Assembly: GCA_902777855.1 (NCBI GenBank)
Contig: CACYVN010000005.1
Span: 6,320-70,319 of the forward strand
Direction of reading: 5' to 3'
DNA from: an uncultured bacterium
GTDB lineage: Bacteria; Cyanobacteriota; Vampirovibrionia; Gastranaerophilales; Gastranaerophilaceae
DNA length: 64,000 nt
The position numbers were made by a program, and so were the translations under genes. A model generated the notes under the pieces. That model was given only the letters and a program-made list of their open reading frames with translations, searched no databases and was not told the DNA's origin. Shown here one piece after another: positions 1 to 9,461 of this stretch (its first letter is position 1; every line of letters begins with the position of its first letter).

Positions 1-528
1 TAACACTTCAATATCATTATTATTATAGACTTCATTACATATATCAAAAAAATCTATTATTAGTAATTTGAATTTTTTATGAGAACAAATTTTTTTTAGG
101 ACATTATATAAATCCTCTATTCGTTCTTCATCTTCTTCAAGATTTAATACAAATAATATCGGCGTTTCGGACTTAATTATTTGCCTGAAATTTTCTATAC
201 GATTTTTAATTCGAGTTAATAATTTTTCTTTGTCATAGTATTGACAGTCTAAATCGTGATAAAAAACAGTTCCGTCATTTTTATGCCATTTGCCTCTTTT
301 TCTGAAATCTAAAAAATTTCGTTTCCGTATAACAAAATGAATATCGTCAAAATAATCGCTAAAATCAGTTTCGAGATAATGAATTATATTTGGTAAATAA
401 TGCCGAACCAAATCAAAAGGACATGACAATTCACCGTCTGCTTTTCTGGGCTTTATTCCGTTTCTTGTCAAAACAGTTCTTGGCAAGCAGTTTACTCCTA
501 ACGATACTATTTCAACTTTTTTATCCAT
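1..528 (-). CDS. DUF1796-like protein (putative papain-like cysteine peptidase family), C-terminus cut by window edge
   Basis: Not in the ORF track. Reverse-strand ATG at 528-526, open through position 1 (176 codons): MDKKVEIVSLGVNCLPRTVLTRNGIKPRKADGELSCPFDLV... The N-terminal SLGxNC...PFD layout resembles DUF1796. Family assignment is from memory only. Confidence 0.4.
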   Translation of the reverse strand, partial: MDKKVEIVSLGVNCLPRTVLTRNGIKPRKADGELSCPFDLVRHYLPNIIHYLETDFSDYFDDIHFVIRKRNFLDFRKRGKWHKNDGTVFYHDLDCQYYDKEKLLTRIKNRIENFRQIIKSETPILFVLNLEEDEERIEDLYNVLKKICSHKKFKLLIIDFFDICNEVYNNNDIEVL

Positions 529-641
529 TATTTTTCAAAACCTGTAACGATATTTTTCACATTATAAATCATTATAGAATTACCATGTATCACAACTGAC
601 TTATAATGTCAATTTATTTCTCATAATGATAAAATCTACAA

Positions 642-839
642 ATGATTAAAAATAATTTGTCTATGTTGATGGGCGCAAAAAGAATAAAAATATACGAGTT
701 GCAAAAATTATCAGGGTTAAGCCGCAGCACAATTACAAGATTGTATTATGAGCAGACAAATACAGTCAGCCTTCACACACTTGAAGCATTGTGCAAAGCT
801 CTTGATTGTACTCTAAATGATTTGTTTGAAATATCTTAG
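642..839 (+). CDS. XRE/Cro-C1 family helix-turn-helix transcriptional regulator
   Basis: 65 aa. IYELQKLSGLSRSTITRLYYEQ...SLHTLEALCKALDCTLNDLF is a canonical HTH_3-type layout. Divergent from the 1-528 gene. Confidence 0.8.
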   Translation: MIKNNLSMLMGAKRIKIYELQKLSGLSRSTITRLYYEQTNTVSLHTLEALCKALDCTLNDLFEIS

Positions 840-2311
840 TCTATAACAATTTCTTTTTCGTTTTTGTAGGTGACATAACCTAAATTGGCTTTCGGAGGTT
901 TGCGCAGATATTTGCGTTTTGTATAAATTACCCCGATTTTGGAGGAGTTTGCCCCTTTTGAATTTTCTTTGGCAAGTTTTGCACACTCCAAAATTAAGTC
1001 ATCCGTTATGTTTTGGCTTTTTAATAAAACATGAGAACCGGGGCAGTCTTTTGTATGAAACCACAAATCTTCATCACCTGCAAGTTTTGAAATAATATAA
1101 TCGTTTTGTTTGTTGTTTTTGCCGATGTAAATTCTTGCTCCGTCAGGTTTTTCAATACAGGTAAGTCCCCTCCCCGAAATCAAAGATTTCGACCCTCCCT
1201 CAAGGGGAGGGTATTGCATTATTTCTATTTCTTTCAAGTCATCAATATTTTTTGCGATTTCAACAGAATATAAGACGCTTTCAAGATATTCTTTGTTTTG
1301 CCTGTTTTCTTCAATGAGTTCGGAGAGTTTTATCCCTGCTGTTTTTCCTTTGTTGTATTTTTTATAATAATCGTTTGCGTTTTCTTTAACGGTTTTTGTG
1401 TCCTTTAAAGGTATCGTAATTCCCTGATTATTCTCATAATCAAAAACTTTTGCTTCGGTAGTGTAATCTTTCAAATTATACAAATTGCCCATGAGCAAAT
1501 CGCCATAGAGCCTGAATTTATCGTAATTTTCACTTCGCTTTAACTGCAAAGACATTTCGTTTAATGATTTTTTGCATTTTTTTAATTTCTGATTTGTCAG
1601 AGTTAAGTATTCGGATTTTAATGCTTTAAACTTTGCATTATAGGTTAATGTTGCATAGTAATTATCAATAAGGGAATTAACATTTTCACAAGTCATGTCA
1701 TTGCGAGCCCGACAGGGCCTGGCAATCCCATTCACATTTATACTTTTTAGAAATCCGTAGCGTTCTTCTATGAAATATTTTGACGAATGTTCGGGAGGAT
1801 AAGTATAAGGAATTTGCCCGTAAACCTCTCTGACCTGACTTTTATCTGCACCGACATTGTGTGCGCACCCCAAAATCATATTCGTATCTGTATTATAAAG
1901 AATAACGTTTGAATATTTGCCCATAAGTTCAACGGCAAGACAAAGATAAATTTTATCCCCGATTTCGTTATATGTTTCAAAAAACAATTCCAAAATTCTC
2001 TCACCATCAGGCTGATTAACTTTTGCAATTTTTGAATTTTGCAGATATTTTCTCAAAAGCATACAAAACATCGGCGGTTTTTGCGGAATTTCTATTCGTC
2101 TTTTTTTTGAGCTTTCATCTGACATAAAACAAACGTGATACATTTTGGGGTCAATATTGATGTAAAATTGACGGGTTTGTCCGCTGTTGCGTACTGACAA
2201 AATGAGTTCCCTGCGTGTGGGCTGTTGAATTTTATTTATTCTACCGCCTGTTATAAATTCTTTATTCTGATTAATAAAGGCTTTTAAGATTAAACTGTCG
2301 AATGAAATCAT
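836..2311 (-). CDS. rqcH: NFACT-family ribosome quality control protein (RqcH/FbpA-like)
   Basis: NFACT-N start (MISFDSLILKA...GGRINKIQQP), coiled-coil middle, C-terminal NFACT-R/DUF814 (IYIGKNNKQNDYI...DLWFHTKDCPGSHVLLK). Confidence 0.8.
   Translation of the reverse strand: MISFDSLILKAFINQNKEFITGGRINKIQQPTRRELILSVRNSGQTRQFYINIDPKMYHVCFMSDESSKKRRIEIPQKPPMFCMLLRKYLQNSKIAKVNQPDGERILELFFETYNEIGDKIYLCLAVELMGKYSNVILYNTDTNMILGCAHNVGADKSQVREVYGQIPYTYPPEHSSKYFIEERYGFLKSINVNGIARPCRARNDMTCENVNSLIDNYYATLTYNAKFKALKSEYLTLTNQKLKKCKKSLNEMSLQLKRSENYDKFRLYGDLLMGNLYNLKDYTTEAKVFDYENNQGITIPLKDTKTVKENANDYYKKYNKGKTAGIKLSELIEENRQNKEYLESVLYSVEIAKNIDDLKEIEIMQYPPLEGGSKSLISGRGLTCIEKPDGARIYIGKNNKQNDYIISKLAGDEDLWFHTKDCPGSHVLLKSQNITDDLILECAKLAKENSKGANSSKIGVIYTKRKYLRKPPKANLGYVTYKNEKEIVID
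1165..1212. repeat. GC-rich nested palindromic element embedded in-frame in rqcH
   Basis: gtcccctccccgaaatcaaagatttcgaccctccctcaaggggagggt. It has an 8-bp hairpin accctccc/gggagggt (1192-1212) and a 7-bp hairpin cgaaatc/gatttcg (1175-1191). It encodes ..PPLEGGSKSLISGRGL.. in the variable linker of the protein. Confidence 0.6.
1697..1729. repeat. Half copy of the CATTGCGAGCCC..GCAATCC repeat family, in-frame in rqcH
   Basis: gtcattgcgagcccgacagggcctggcaatccc. It has the same core as 45031-45060 (cattgcgagccc-N11-gcaatcc). It encodes GIARPCRARNDMT. Confidence 0.55.
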
Positions 2312-2410
2312 AAAGAAAATTTACCAAAAATCAATATTATTGTCTAATGTTTTTTTGTTTGTGATAAGATTAATTTTGCAAAATATAAATAGAAAAAGGA
2401 AATTTGAGAG

Positions 2411-4192
2411 ATGATTGAAACAAATTACAAAGACCACGAATGTGGAAAATTAAGACTTGAAGATATTGATAAAACCGTCACATTATCAGGCTGGGTAGCA
2501 ACAGTTCGTGATTTGGGCGGAATTTTGTTTATTGAACTTCGTGACAGAAGCGGTGTTTTTCAGTTGGTTGCAAACCCGCAGATTAACCCGAAGGTGCATG
2601 AGGTTTTCGGTAAAGTAAGAAGCGAATATGTTATAAAAGTTACGGGTAAAATTACAAAAAGACCGCCTGAAACTTACAACGAAAAATACCCGACAGGTCA
2701 GGTTGAAATGTATCCTGAATCTGTTGAAGTTTTATCGGAATCAAAGGTTTTGCCTTTTGTTCTTGATGATGAAAATGTTTCTGAAGATATTCGTCTGAAA
2801 TACAGATATCTTGATTTAAGACGCGAAACAATGCTTTCAAAATTGGTTTTGCGCCACGATATTGTTCAGGCTATCAGAGGATATTTGAATAAATTGGACT
2901 TTTTGGAAGTTGAAACACCGATTTTGATTAAAACAACTCCTGAAGGCGCAAGAGATTATCTTGTCCCGTCAAGAGTTCAGGAAGGTAAATTCTTCGCATT
3001 ACCTCAATCACCGCAAATCTTCAAACAACTTTTGATGGTCGGCGGTATTGAAAGATATTATCAAATTGCAAAGTGCTTCAGAGATGAGGACTTGCGTGCA
3101 GACAGACAGCCTGAATTTACTCAGGTTGACCTTGAAATGTCTTTTGTCGAACAAAAAGATGTTATAAAAGTAGTTGAAGGCTTGATTGTAGATGCGTTTA
3201 AAGCCGCAGGTGTAGAAGTTAAACCACCGTTTACTCAAATCACTTGGCAGGAAGCAATGGACAGATTCGGTTCTGATAAGCCTGATACAAGATTCGGACT
3301 TGAACTTTTTGATATCGGCGATATCATTATGCAGTCAGAATTTCAGATTGTTAAAAACACATTGCAACAAGGCGGAATCGTTCGTGGTATTAGAATCCCG
3401 GGCGGTGCTAAATTCTCAAGAAAAGAAATTGACGATATTACAAAAATCGCCGTTTCGTTTGGCGCAAAAGCACTTGCAAATATTATCTACCAAGAGGACG
3501 GAACACCAAAATCTCCGGTACTTAAATTTGTTACTGATGAACAGGCAAAAGCAATTCAGGAACGTGCTCAGGCTCAGGCTGGCGATATAATCTTCTTCCT
3601 TGCAGATAAGCCGAAACTTGTTTATGACATTATGGGCAGATTAAGATTACATTTCGGTAAAATGCTCAACTTAATTGACGAATCAAAACACGCTTTGTTG
3701 TGGGTTGTTGATTTCCCAATGTTTGAATGGAGTGATGAAGAACAAAGATTTATGGCTATGCACCATCCGTTCACATCTCCAAACCTTGAAGATATGGATA
3801 AACTCAAAGCGGGCGATTTAGGCAATGTTAAATCTATCGCTTACGATATTGTTTATAACGGAACTGAACTTGGCGGAGGCTCAGTCAGAATCCACTCATC
3901 AGAAGTTCAGCAGGAAATCTTTAAGGCTTTAGGCTTAACTCAGGAAGAAGCCGAAGAAAAATTCGGATTTATGGTTAACGCACTGCAATACGGCACACCT
4001 CCTCACGCAGGTTTGGCTATCGGATTAGACAGACTTGTTGCATTATTAGCAAGAACTGATTCAATTCGTGACGTTATTGCATTCCCGAAAAACGCAGGGG
4101 CAAAATGTCTGATGTCAGGTGCTCCGGGAGAAGCCTCAATTCAGCAGCTAAGAGAATTGCATATCAAAAGTACGGTTCAACCGAACAAATAA
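2411..4192 (+). CDS. aspS: Aspartyl-tRNA synthetase
   Basis: 593 aa. Class II motifs FRDEDLRADRQPEFTQVDLEMSF, GGGSVRIH, GLAIGLDRLV. N-terminal OB fold region. Confidence 0.97.
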   Translation: MIETNYKDHECGKLRLEDIDKTVTLSGWVATVRDLGGILFIELRDRSGVFQLVANPQINPKVHEVFGKVRSEYVIKVTGKITKRPPETYNEKYPTGQVEMYPESVEVLSESKVLPFVLDDENVSEDIRLKYRYLDLRRETMLSKLVLRHDIVQAIRGYLNKLDFLEVETPILIKTTPEGARDYLVPSRVQEGKFFALPQSPQIFKQLLMVGGIERYYQIAKCFRDEDLRADRQPEFTQVDLEMSFVEQKDVIKVVEGLIVDAFKAAGVEVKPPFTQITWQEAMDRFGSDKPDTRFGLELFDIGDIIMQSEFQIVKNTLQQGGIVRGIRIPGGAKFSRKEIDDITKIAVSFGAKALANIIYQEDGTPKSPVLKFVTDEQAKAIQERAQAQAGDIIFFLADKPKLVYDIMGRLRLHFGKMLNLIDESKHALLWVVDFPMFEWSDEEQRFMAMHHPFTSPNLEDMDKLKAGDLGNVKSIAYDIVYNGTELGGGSVRIHSSEVQQEIFKALGLTQEEAEEKFGFMVNALQYGTPPHAGLAIGLDRLVALLARTDSIRDVIAFPKNAGAKCLMSGAPGEASIQQLRELHIKSTVQPNK

Positions 4193-4197
4193 TTCAT

Positions 4198-4227
4198 AAA
4201 AAAGACGGTTTAAACACCGTCTTTTTT
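4198..4227. terminator. Bidirectional intrinsic terminator between aspS and the 4226-4552 gene
   Basis: agacggt-ttaaac-accgtct hairpin flanked by an A-run and a T-run. Confidence 0.75.
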
Positions 4228-4552
4228 ATTTCATCTTTTTTATAAATTCGTGTGCATTTATTACATCATCAGAACTTATCGGAGGAGGCCCGTCAATAAT
4301 TTCCATAGGGTAATGTTTGTCTGATTTGCGGTTGAAATTAAAAACGACATCACCAAAATCTTTTTCACAAACAGTACATTTAAGATTACAGATTAAAATA
4401 TCTCCTTCCCGTCTTTTTACGGTTAAAGAGCCTGTCGTAAAATCATTTCTGCACTTTGAACAACATAGATTTTTAAACAAAATTTTTATATCTTTATCGC
4501 AAAAGTCGTTCATAATTAACATTATATATAAAAATATTAATAAATTTCTCAA
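4226..4552 (-). CDS. Hypothetical protein with two CxxC pairs (zinc-ribbon-like)
   Basis: 108-aa ORF with CSKC...CTVC pairs. The true start may be an internal Met (MLIMNDF / MNDF). Confidence 0.5.
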   Translation of the reverse strand: MRNLLIFLYIMLIMNDFCDKDIKILFKNLCCSKCRNDFTTGSLTVKRREGDILICNLKCTVCEKDFGDVVFNFNRKSDKHYPMEIIDGPPPISSDDVINAHEFIKKMK

Positions 4553-4627
4553 AATTAATTATTTTGGGTTAATGACCTTTTGTGAATTTTATTATAAAAT
4601 AAAGGCATATTTGAAAGAGGGCATTAT

Positions 4628-5863
4628 ATGACTATAGACAACGCATTGGTTATGATTCTTGCAGGCGGTGAGGGTAAAAGATTATACCCGTTAACAAAGG
4701 ACAGGGCAAAACCTGCGGTTCCGTTTGGCGGAAGATACAGAATTATTGATTTTGTTCTGAACAACTTTATAAACTCAGGTTTTTTCAAAATCAAAGTATT
4801 GACTCAGTATAAATCAGATTCATTAAATAAACACATAACAAGAGGATGGACTCTTTCTCCGTTTTTAAACCAGTATGTTGATCTTTGCCCTGCGCAGATG
4901 AGAACAGGTAATGATTGGTATAAAGGAACTGCTGATGCTATTTATCAAAACATATTTCATATAACAGACGAAGACCCTCGTTATGTATGTATTTTTGGCG
5001 GTGACCATATTTATAAAATGCATGTTGATCAGATGTTAGAATTTCATAAAGAAAAAAATGCGGATTTGTCAATTTCGGGGATTCCTATTCCTATAGAAGA
5101 AGCATCCGAGTTCGGTATCATGGAAGTTGATGAAAACTGGAAATTAATTAATTTTGTTGAAAAACCTCAATACAGACCAAAATCAATTCCTGGGAACCCG
5201 AATATGTGTCTTGCATCTATGGGCAACTATATTTTTGATAAAGAAATTTTGCTTGATGCATTAAATCGTGATGCAGTAAAAGAAGATTCTTCTCATGATT
5301 TCGGCAAAAATGTCATTCCTATGCTATTGAGCGAAGGGAAAAATATTTATGTTTATAATTTTGCTCAAAATACTTTCCCGGGAATGACAAAAGCTGAACA
5401 AGGCTACTGGAAAGATGTCGGCAGTATTGATGCATATTGGCAGGCAAATATGGATTTGTTATCATATAATCCCGAATTGAATCTTTATTCAAAAGAATGG
5501 CCTTTAAGAACATTTAATTATAATTATCCTCCCGCTAAGTTCGTATGGGAAGAAGGCGATAGAGTCGGTATGGCAACAAACTCTATGGTCTCAGAAGGCT
5601 GTATCATTTCGGGCGGCGGCCTTTCGCACTGCGTATTATCGCCAAAAGTCAGAATTAACAGTTATTCAAGTGTGATAGACAGTATCCTGATGGAAAATGT
5701 AGAGGTTGGCAGATACTCTCAAATCAGAAAAGCAATTATTGATAAAAATGTTGTAATTCCGCCTCATACAAAAATCGGGTTTAACCGTGAAGAAGATATT
5801 AAACGAGGATTTCATGTTTCTGAAGGCGGAGTAACGGTTGTTCCGAAAGGTGCAATATTATAA
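4628..5863 (+). CDS. glgC: Glucose-1-phosphate adenylyltransferase
   Basis: ILAGGEGKRLYPLTKDRAKPAVPFGGRYRIIDFVLNN N-terminus and left-handed beta-helix C-terminus. 411 aa. Confidence 0.95.
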   Translation: MTIDNALVMILAGGEGKRLYPLTKDRAKPAVPFGGRYRIIDFVLNNFINSGFFKIKVLTQYKSDSLNKHITRGWTLSPFLNQYVDLCPAQMRTGNDWYKGTADAIYQNIFHITDEDPRYVCIFGGDHIYKMHVDQMLEFHKEKNADLSISGIPIPIEEASEFGIMEVDENWKLINFVEKPQYRPKSIPGNPNMCLASMGNYIFDKEILLDALNRDAVKEDSSHDFGKNVIPMLLSEGKNIYVYNFAQNTFPGMTKAEQGYWKDVGSIDAYWQANMDLLSYNPELNLYSKEWPLRTFNYNYPPAKFVWEEGDRVGMATNSMVSEGCIISGGGLSHCVLSPKVRINSYSSVIDSILMENVEVGRYSQIRKAIIDKNVVIPPHTKIGFNREEDIKRGFHVSEGGVTVVPKGAIL

Positions 5864-5870
5864 GATATAA

Positions 5871-5906
5871 AAAATGTGCGAATTGTATAATCCGCACATT
5901 TTTTGT
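5871..5906. terminator. Bidirectional intrinsic terminator after glgC
   Basis: aatgtgcg...cgcacatt 8-bp stem followed by a T-run, with an A-run on the other side. Confidence 0.7.
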
Positions 5907-5914
5907 ATTTATAC

Positions 5915-6244
5915 TTATATGTTGACCGGCGGTTTATAACTTGGGTTTAAGTTTATCTTTCTTAAATCTACATTTACGGCTTTTTCTTTTAAAGCCTGAA
6001 GATATTGAGAATTTACACTTTCTCCTTTTATATTTACCGAATTATTAAAAGCCGCTGATTGACGGAAATCTTTATAGTCTTGCCCGTTAAGTAAGAGTAT
6101 TTGATCTTTGCCAATATCAAAAATATCAAAACTATTTTGTGTAATCATGTCATCTTGTGCTTTTTTCATTTGTTCATACGCTTTATTCCTGGTTGTATTG
6201 TCTTTGTATGTGTATAAATAATTTCCTGTAAATGATACTTTCAT
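5915..6244 (-). CDS. Hypothetical protein
   Basis: 109-aa ORF between a terminator and an AT-rich promoter region. N-terminus MKVSFTGN. No recognisable domain. Confidence 0.5.
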   Translation of the reverse strand: MKVSFTGNYLYTYKDNTTRNKAYEQMKKAQDDMITQNSFDIFDIGKDQILLLNGQDYKDFRQSAAFNNSVNIKGESVNSQYLQALKEKAVNVDLRKINLNPSYKPPVNI

Positions 6245-6397
6245 GTTTACTCCTTTTTTTTGTTTAAAAATCTATAAAAATATTTTTTGCTACTATATAA
6301 AAATATTCAGAATTATTGTAAATTTTTGTTAATATAGTATTTAAAATTTAGCAATATTGCACGGCTGAAATTTTTTATATAGTGGGTGAATGTGTGT

Positions 6398-7078
6398 ATG
6401 TCTAACCTTAGTGTAAAACCTCTTTTCAGCTATGGCAGAAAAGCCTCAAGATGGCTTTTCGATAAACTTCCGTCTGTTGAACTCAAGAACGGAAAAGTTT
6501 TAAACGGCATAAAATGGGCAGGACAGCACATTTCATCTCCCCAAAACAGAGTTATATTAGGAGCAACGGCATTAATGAGTCAGCCGTTTATAGACTTACA
6601 CAACCGAAATGTAGATGAAGAAACACGAAAAGTATCTGCTGCAAGAACTGTAGCCAAAATTCTTGCAGGTACTACAACAGGATTTTTTGTCAGATATTAT
6701 ACAATAAAAGCAGTTGATGCATTCACACACAACCCGATAAAAGCAAGAAATATAATGCAGTCATTGTTGTTTCCGAAAAAAATTATTAATCCTACGATAA
6801 AAGGAATGCAACAATACAGGCTTGCATTAGGAACATATATATCTCTTATAGTAATGCTTTTTACAAATTTCTTAATAGATGCGCCGTTAACGAAAATTTT
6901 GACAAATTTCTTTGTTAAAAAAGTTAAAGATTACGAAAACAATAAAATAGACACACATATTATGGAACCCCAAACCCAAATAAATTCACCTGAAAAAAAA
7001 GAAGAGAAAACTTCAAATAATCCATTTATAGCACACCCGTCAATGGATACTTTCCTGAATAGAAAGGAGGCTAAATAA
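6398..7078 (+). CDS. Hypothetical membrane protein
   Basis: The ORF track starts at a GTG (6386). The first ATG (MSNLSVKPLFSYG) is at 6398. Hydrophobic segments are present. The stop overlaps the next start (ATAATG). Confidence 0.55.
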   Translation: MSNLSVKPLFSYGRKASRWLFDKLPSVELKNGKVLNGIKWAGQHISSPQNRVILGATALMSQPFIDLHNRNVDEETRKVSAARTVAKILAGTTTGFFVRYYTIKAVDAFTHNPIKARNIMQSLLFPKKIINPTIKGMQQYRLALGTYISLIVMLFTNFLIDAPLTKILTNFFVKKVKDYENNKIDTHIMEPQTQINSPEKKEEKTSNNPFIAHPSMDTFLNRKEAK

Positions 7079-7719
7079 TGATTAAATCAAAAACTCCGTT
7101 TTCTATTCTTGATTATGTTTACAAAATATATCATAAAGATGCAGGCAAAATGTTGATTCACACCGGTACTATAAGCTGGATATTGTCTTCTGCCGCACAA
7201 ATTTTCGGAATTATGATAAATGATAAAATTCCTAAGGAACAAAAAATGTTTCTTATTCCTCAGGAATTTGCAGATGCTGTTTTTAATATACTGTCATTTT
7301 ATATCGTTACATGTTCATTTACCGGAGTTGCCGCAAAAATGGTAAATACAGGGAAATGGCTTCCAAGCAACGTTAAAAATTATCTTATTAAAAACGGATT
7401 TAAAGATAAAATTGGAAAATTCGGTTTTAACATTTTAAAGGATGCAAAACTTACAGGCAGAGCAAAAAGAAGTTTTGAATTATATAAAAACGGTATCGGA
7501 GTACTTGCTTTTACCGCCGGTTCAATTTTATCATGCAATGTTATCACTCCGCTTTCAAGAAACAAATATGCTTCCGCTCGCCAACAGCAAAATCTTGCAA
7601 GTCTTAATAATCCGAATCCCGCATTACAAAATCCTCAAACACATCGTGAAAAAGCAAAAGCCGTAATTCATCACAAATATATGCAGGCATTTATGAATCG
7701 GGGAGATTTAAAAATATAA
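7078..7719 (+). CDS. Hypothetical membrane protein
   Basis: 213 aa with several hydrophobic helices. Translationally coupled to the upstream gene. Confidence 0.55.
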   Translation: MIKSKTPFSILDYVYKIYHKDAGKMLIHTGTISWILSSAAQIFGIMINDKIPKEQKMFLIPQEFADAVFNILSFYIVTCSFTGVAAKMVNTGKWLPSNVKNYLIKNGFKDKIGKFGFNILKDAKLTGRAKRSFELYKNGIGVLAFTAGSILSCNVITPLSRNKYASARQQQNLASLNNPNPALQNPQTHREKAKAVIHHKYMQAFMNRGDLKI

Positions 7720-8223
7720 ATACATAAAACCACTTATTATTGCAATTAATAACAGTACGAATAAAATTATTATATTGCGAAAATATGTTGTTGTATAGTC
7801 AGGTGTTTGATTTAATGCGGCCATAATACTTTTTGAATAATCAAACTTTGTCTCATTTTTTGTTTTTTCATAAGCGGAATGTATAAGCTTTTGAAATTTG
7901 TACATTGATTCAAGCTTTTGTCGGGCTGAGGGATTAGAAATTGCCTTTATTTTTATTTTGACATTTTCTGTAGTATCAAGTTCATTATCAATATATGCTG
8001 ATAAGCTTCCTATCAGTTCACCGTCAGTTTCTTTTGTATTTTGTGAGTTATTTTCATTATTATATTTTAACATTACATTTTTTAATTGCTCAATTTTTTT
8101 TCTGCATTTTGGACATTTTTTTATATGTTCGGTTACATACTGAGCAAGAGAAGGTGCAAGTTTGCCATCAATATAATAATTTAATAATGATTCTACCTGG
8201 TTGCAAGTGAAATTTATATCCAT
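7708..8223 (-). CDS. Anti-sigma factor (zf-HC2 type, single C-terminal TM)
   Basis: CNQVESLLNYYIDGKL...HIKKCPKCRKK matches the zf-HC2 anti-sigma N-terminus. C-terminal TM helix. Sits immediately downstream of the ECF sigma gene. Confidence 0.75.
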   Translation of the reverse strand: MDINFTCNQVESLLNYYIDGKLAPSLAQYVTEHIKKCPKCRKKIEQLKNVMLKYNNENNSQNTKETDGELIGSLSAYIDNELDTTENVKIKIKAISNPSARQKLESMYKFQKLIHSAYEKTKNETKFDYSKSIMAALNQTPDYTTTYFRNIIILFVLLLIAIISGFMYLYF

Positions 8224-8233
8224 AAAAGCTCCT

Positions 8234-8827
8234 TTACGCGTATTTTTGTAAATCGTGATGTAATCTTATTCTTGCTCTCGAAATTCTTGATTTTACGGTT
8301 CCGATACTTGAATTTGTTGTGTTCGCAATTTCTTCATAGCTTAATCCCTGAAATTCACGCAATATTATTGCTATTCTGAATGTTTCAGGCAATCCTCTTA
8401 TCGCCTTTTTAACCTGACGTTCACACTCTGCACTTATACACTTTTCCATTGGTTTTGAATGTTTATCCGGAATTTCAATATTAATTTCCGTATCATTTGA
8501 AGGACAAGTGTATTCAAGCGGGATAGTTTCAGGTTTATTTTTGATTTTACGCAAATAATCATAATAGGTATTTGTCGTTATATGATTGAGCCAGCCGTTA
8601 AAACATTTTGGATTATGCAGATTGTGAATACTTTTTGCAAGTTTCAATAAAACTTCCTGAGTTAAATCATGTATACTTTCGTTGCTTTTTAACATATAAG
8701 ATAGAGTAGCAAAAACATCCTTCTGAACTTTTCTTATAAGTTCTTCAAGCGCTTTAAAATTGTCCTGTTGAGCAAGCTTTGCAAGCTGTTCAGGTTTCAT
8801 TTTTTTATAGTCAAACTTTTCAGGCAT
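8234..8827 (-). CDS. ECF-type RNA polymerase sigma-70 family factor
   Basis: Region 2 (DLTQEVLLKLAKSIH) and region 4 HTH (GLSYEEIANTTNSSIGTVKSRISRAR). Confidence 0.9.
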   Translation of the reverse strand: MPEKFDYKKMKPEQLAKLAQQDNFKALEELIRKVQKDVFATLSYMLKSNESIHDLTQEVLLKLAKSIHNLHNPKCFNGWLNHITTNTYYDYLRKIKNKPETIPLEYTCPSNDTEINIEIPDKHSKPMEKCISAECERQVKKAIRGLPETFRIAIILREFQGLSYEEIANTTNSSIGTVKSRISRARIRLHHDLQKYA

Positions 8828-8918
8828 AATCTTTCCTTTTAAGAAATTTTAAAAGATAGTAAAGCCTGAATTATCAGTAGAATTACCAATTTTTAGGGTA
8901 ATATTATTTTTTTTACTA

Positions 8919-9377
8919 TTAAACTTTTGATTTTGATTCTTTTAAAAATTGCTCAAAAATCTCTACACTGTCCCCGACAAGTTCAACACACGGGCGTTTT
9001 TTGTAGTAATTTTCCGTTCTCGGTTCGGGATTAGTGCCTGAAGTCGTTTCAACCCCCTGCAAAAGTTCTCTGCAAATAATACTTCCGTTTTTGTCTTTAA
9101 ACCTTTTTGCAAGCTCCTGTATGCGTTTGTAGTGCTCCCCTTTTTCTGCAGGAGAATCATTTACACCTGCAAAAGCCAAACCGGCCGCCATAAACATTCC
9201 GCTTACCGTACCGCAAACCTCTCTCATTCTGCCCATGCCTGCACCAAATGATGATGCAAGTTTCATTGCAGTTTCAAAATCCAAACCCAGTTCCTCACAG
9301 AAAACTCCTAAAACCGCCTGAGAACAGTTATAACCTGATTTGAATAATTCTTTTGCCTTTTCTGATTTTTCACTCAT
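8919..9377 (-). CDS. C_GCAxxG_C_C family protein
   Basis: GYNCSQAVLGVF..., ..GMGRMREVCGTVSG.., ..CRELL.. and a late Cys fit the family pattern. 152 aa. Confidence 0.75.
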   Translation of the reverse strand: MSEKSEKAKELFKSGYNCSQAVLGVFCEELGLDFETAMKLASSFGAGMGRMREVCGTVSGMFMAAGLAFAGVNDSPAEKGEHYKRIQELAKRFKDKNGSIICRELLQGVETTSGTNPEPRTENYYKKRPCVELVGDSVEIFEQFLKESKSKV

Positions 9378-9412
9378 AATTTAACTCCTAAATAATAAAT
9401 ATTATATATTAG

Positions 9413-9461
9413 AAAAGACCCCATTTCTGAGGTCTTTTAATAGAATTGCTCCAGGCCAGAC
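9413..9461 (-). repeat. Duplicate of the tRNA-Leu T-loop-to-3'-end (15 nt) plus its terminator
   Basis: The 49 nt at 9413-9461 match 9607-9655 with 2 mismatches. Both mismatches keep the terminator hairpin paired. The tRNA-derived part is tgctccaggccagac (9447-9461). Confidence 0.85.

Noticed and set aside
390-599. 69-aa plus-strand ORF from the track.
   Set aside because: It lies antisense to the better-supported 1-528 minus-strand gene. It has low-complexity hydrophobic sequence and no SD.
2312-2410. T-box leader upstream of aspS. Also considered a preQ1 riboswitch upstream of queD or queH.
   Set aside because: The leaders are too short (about 100 nt, 14 nt, and overlapping) and lack a specifier hairpin/T-box sequence or a preQ1 aptamer-like fold.
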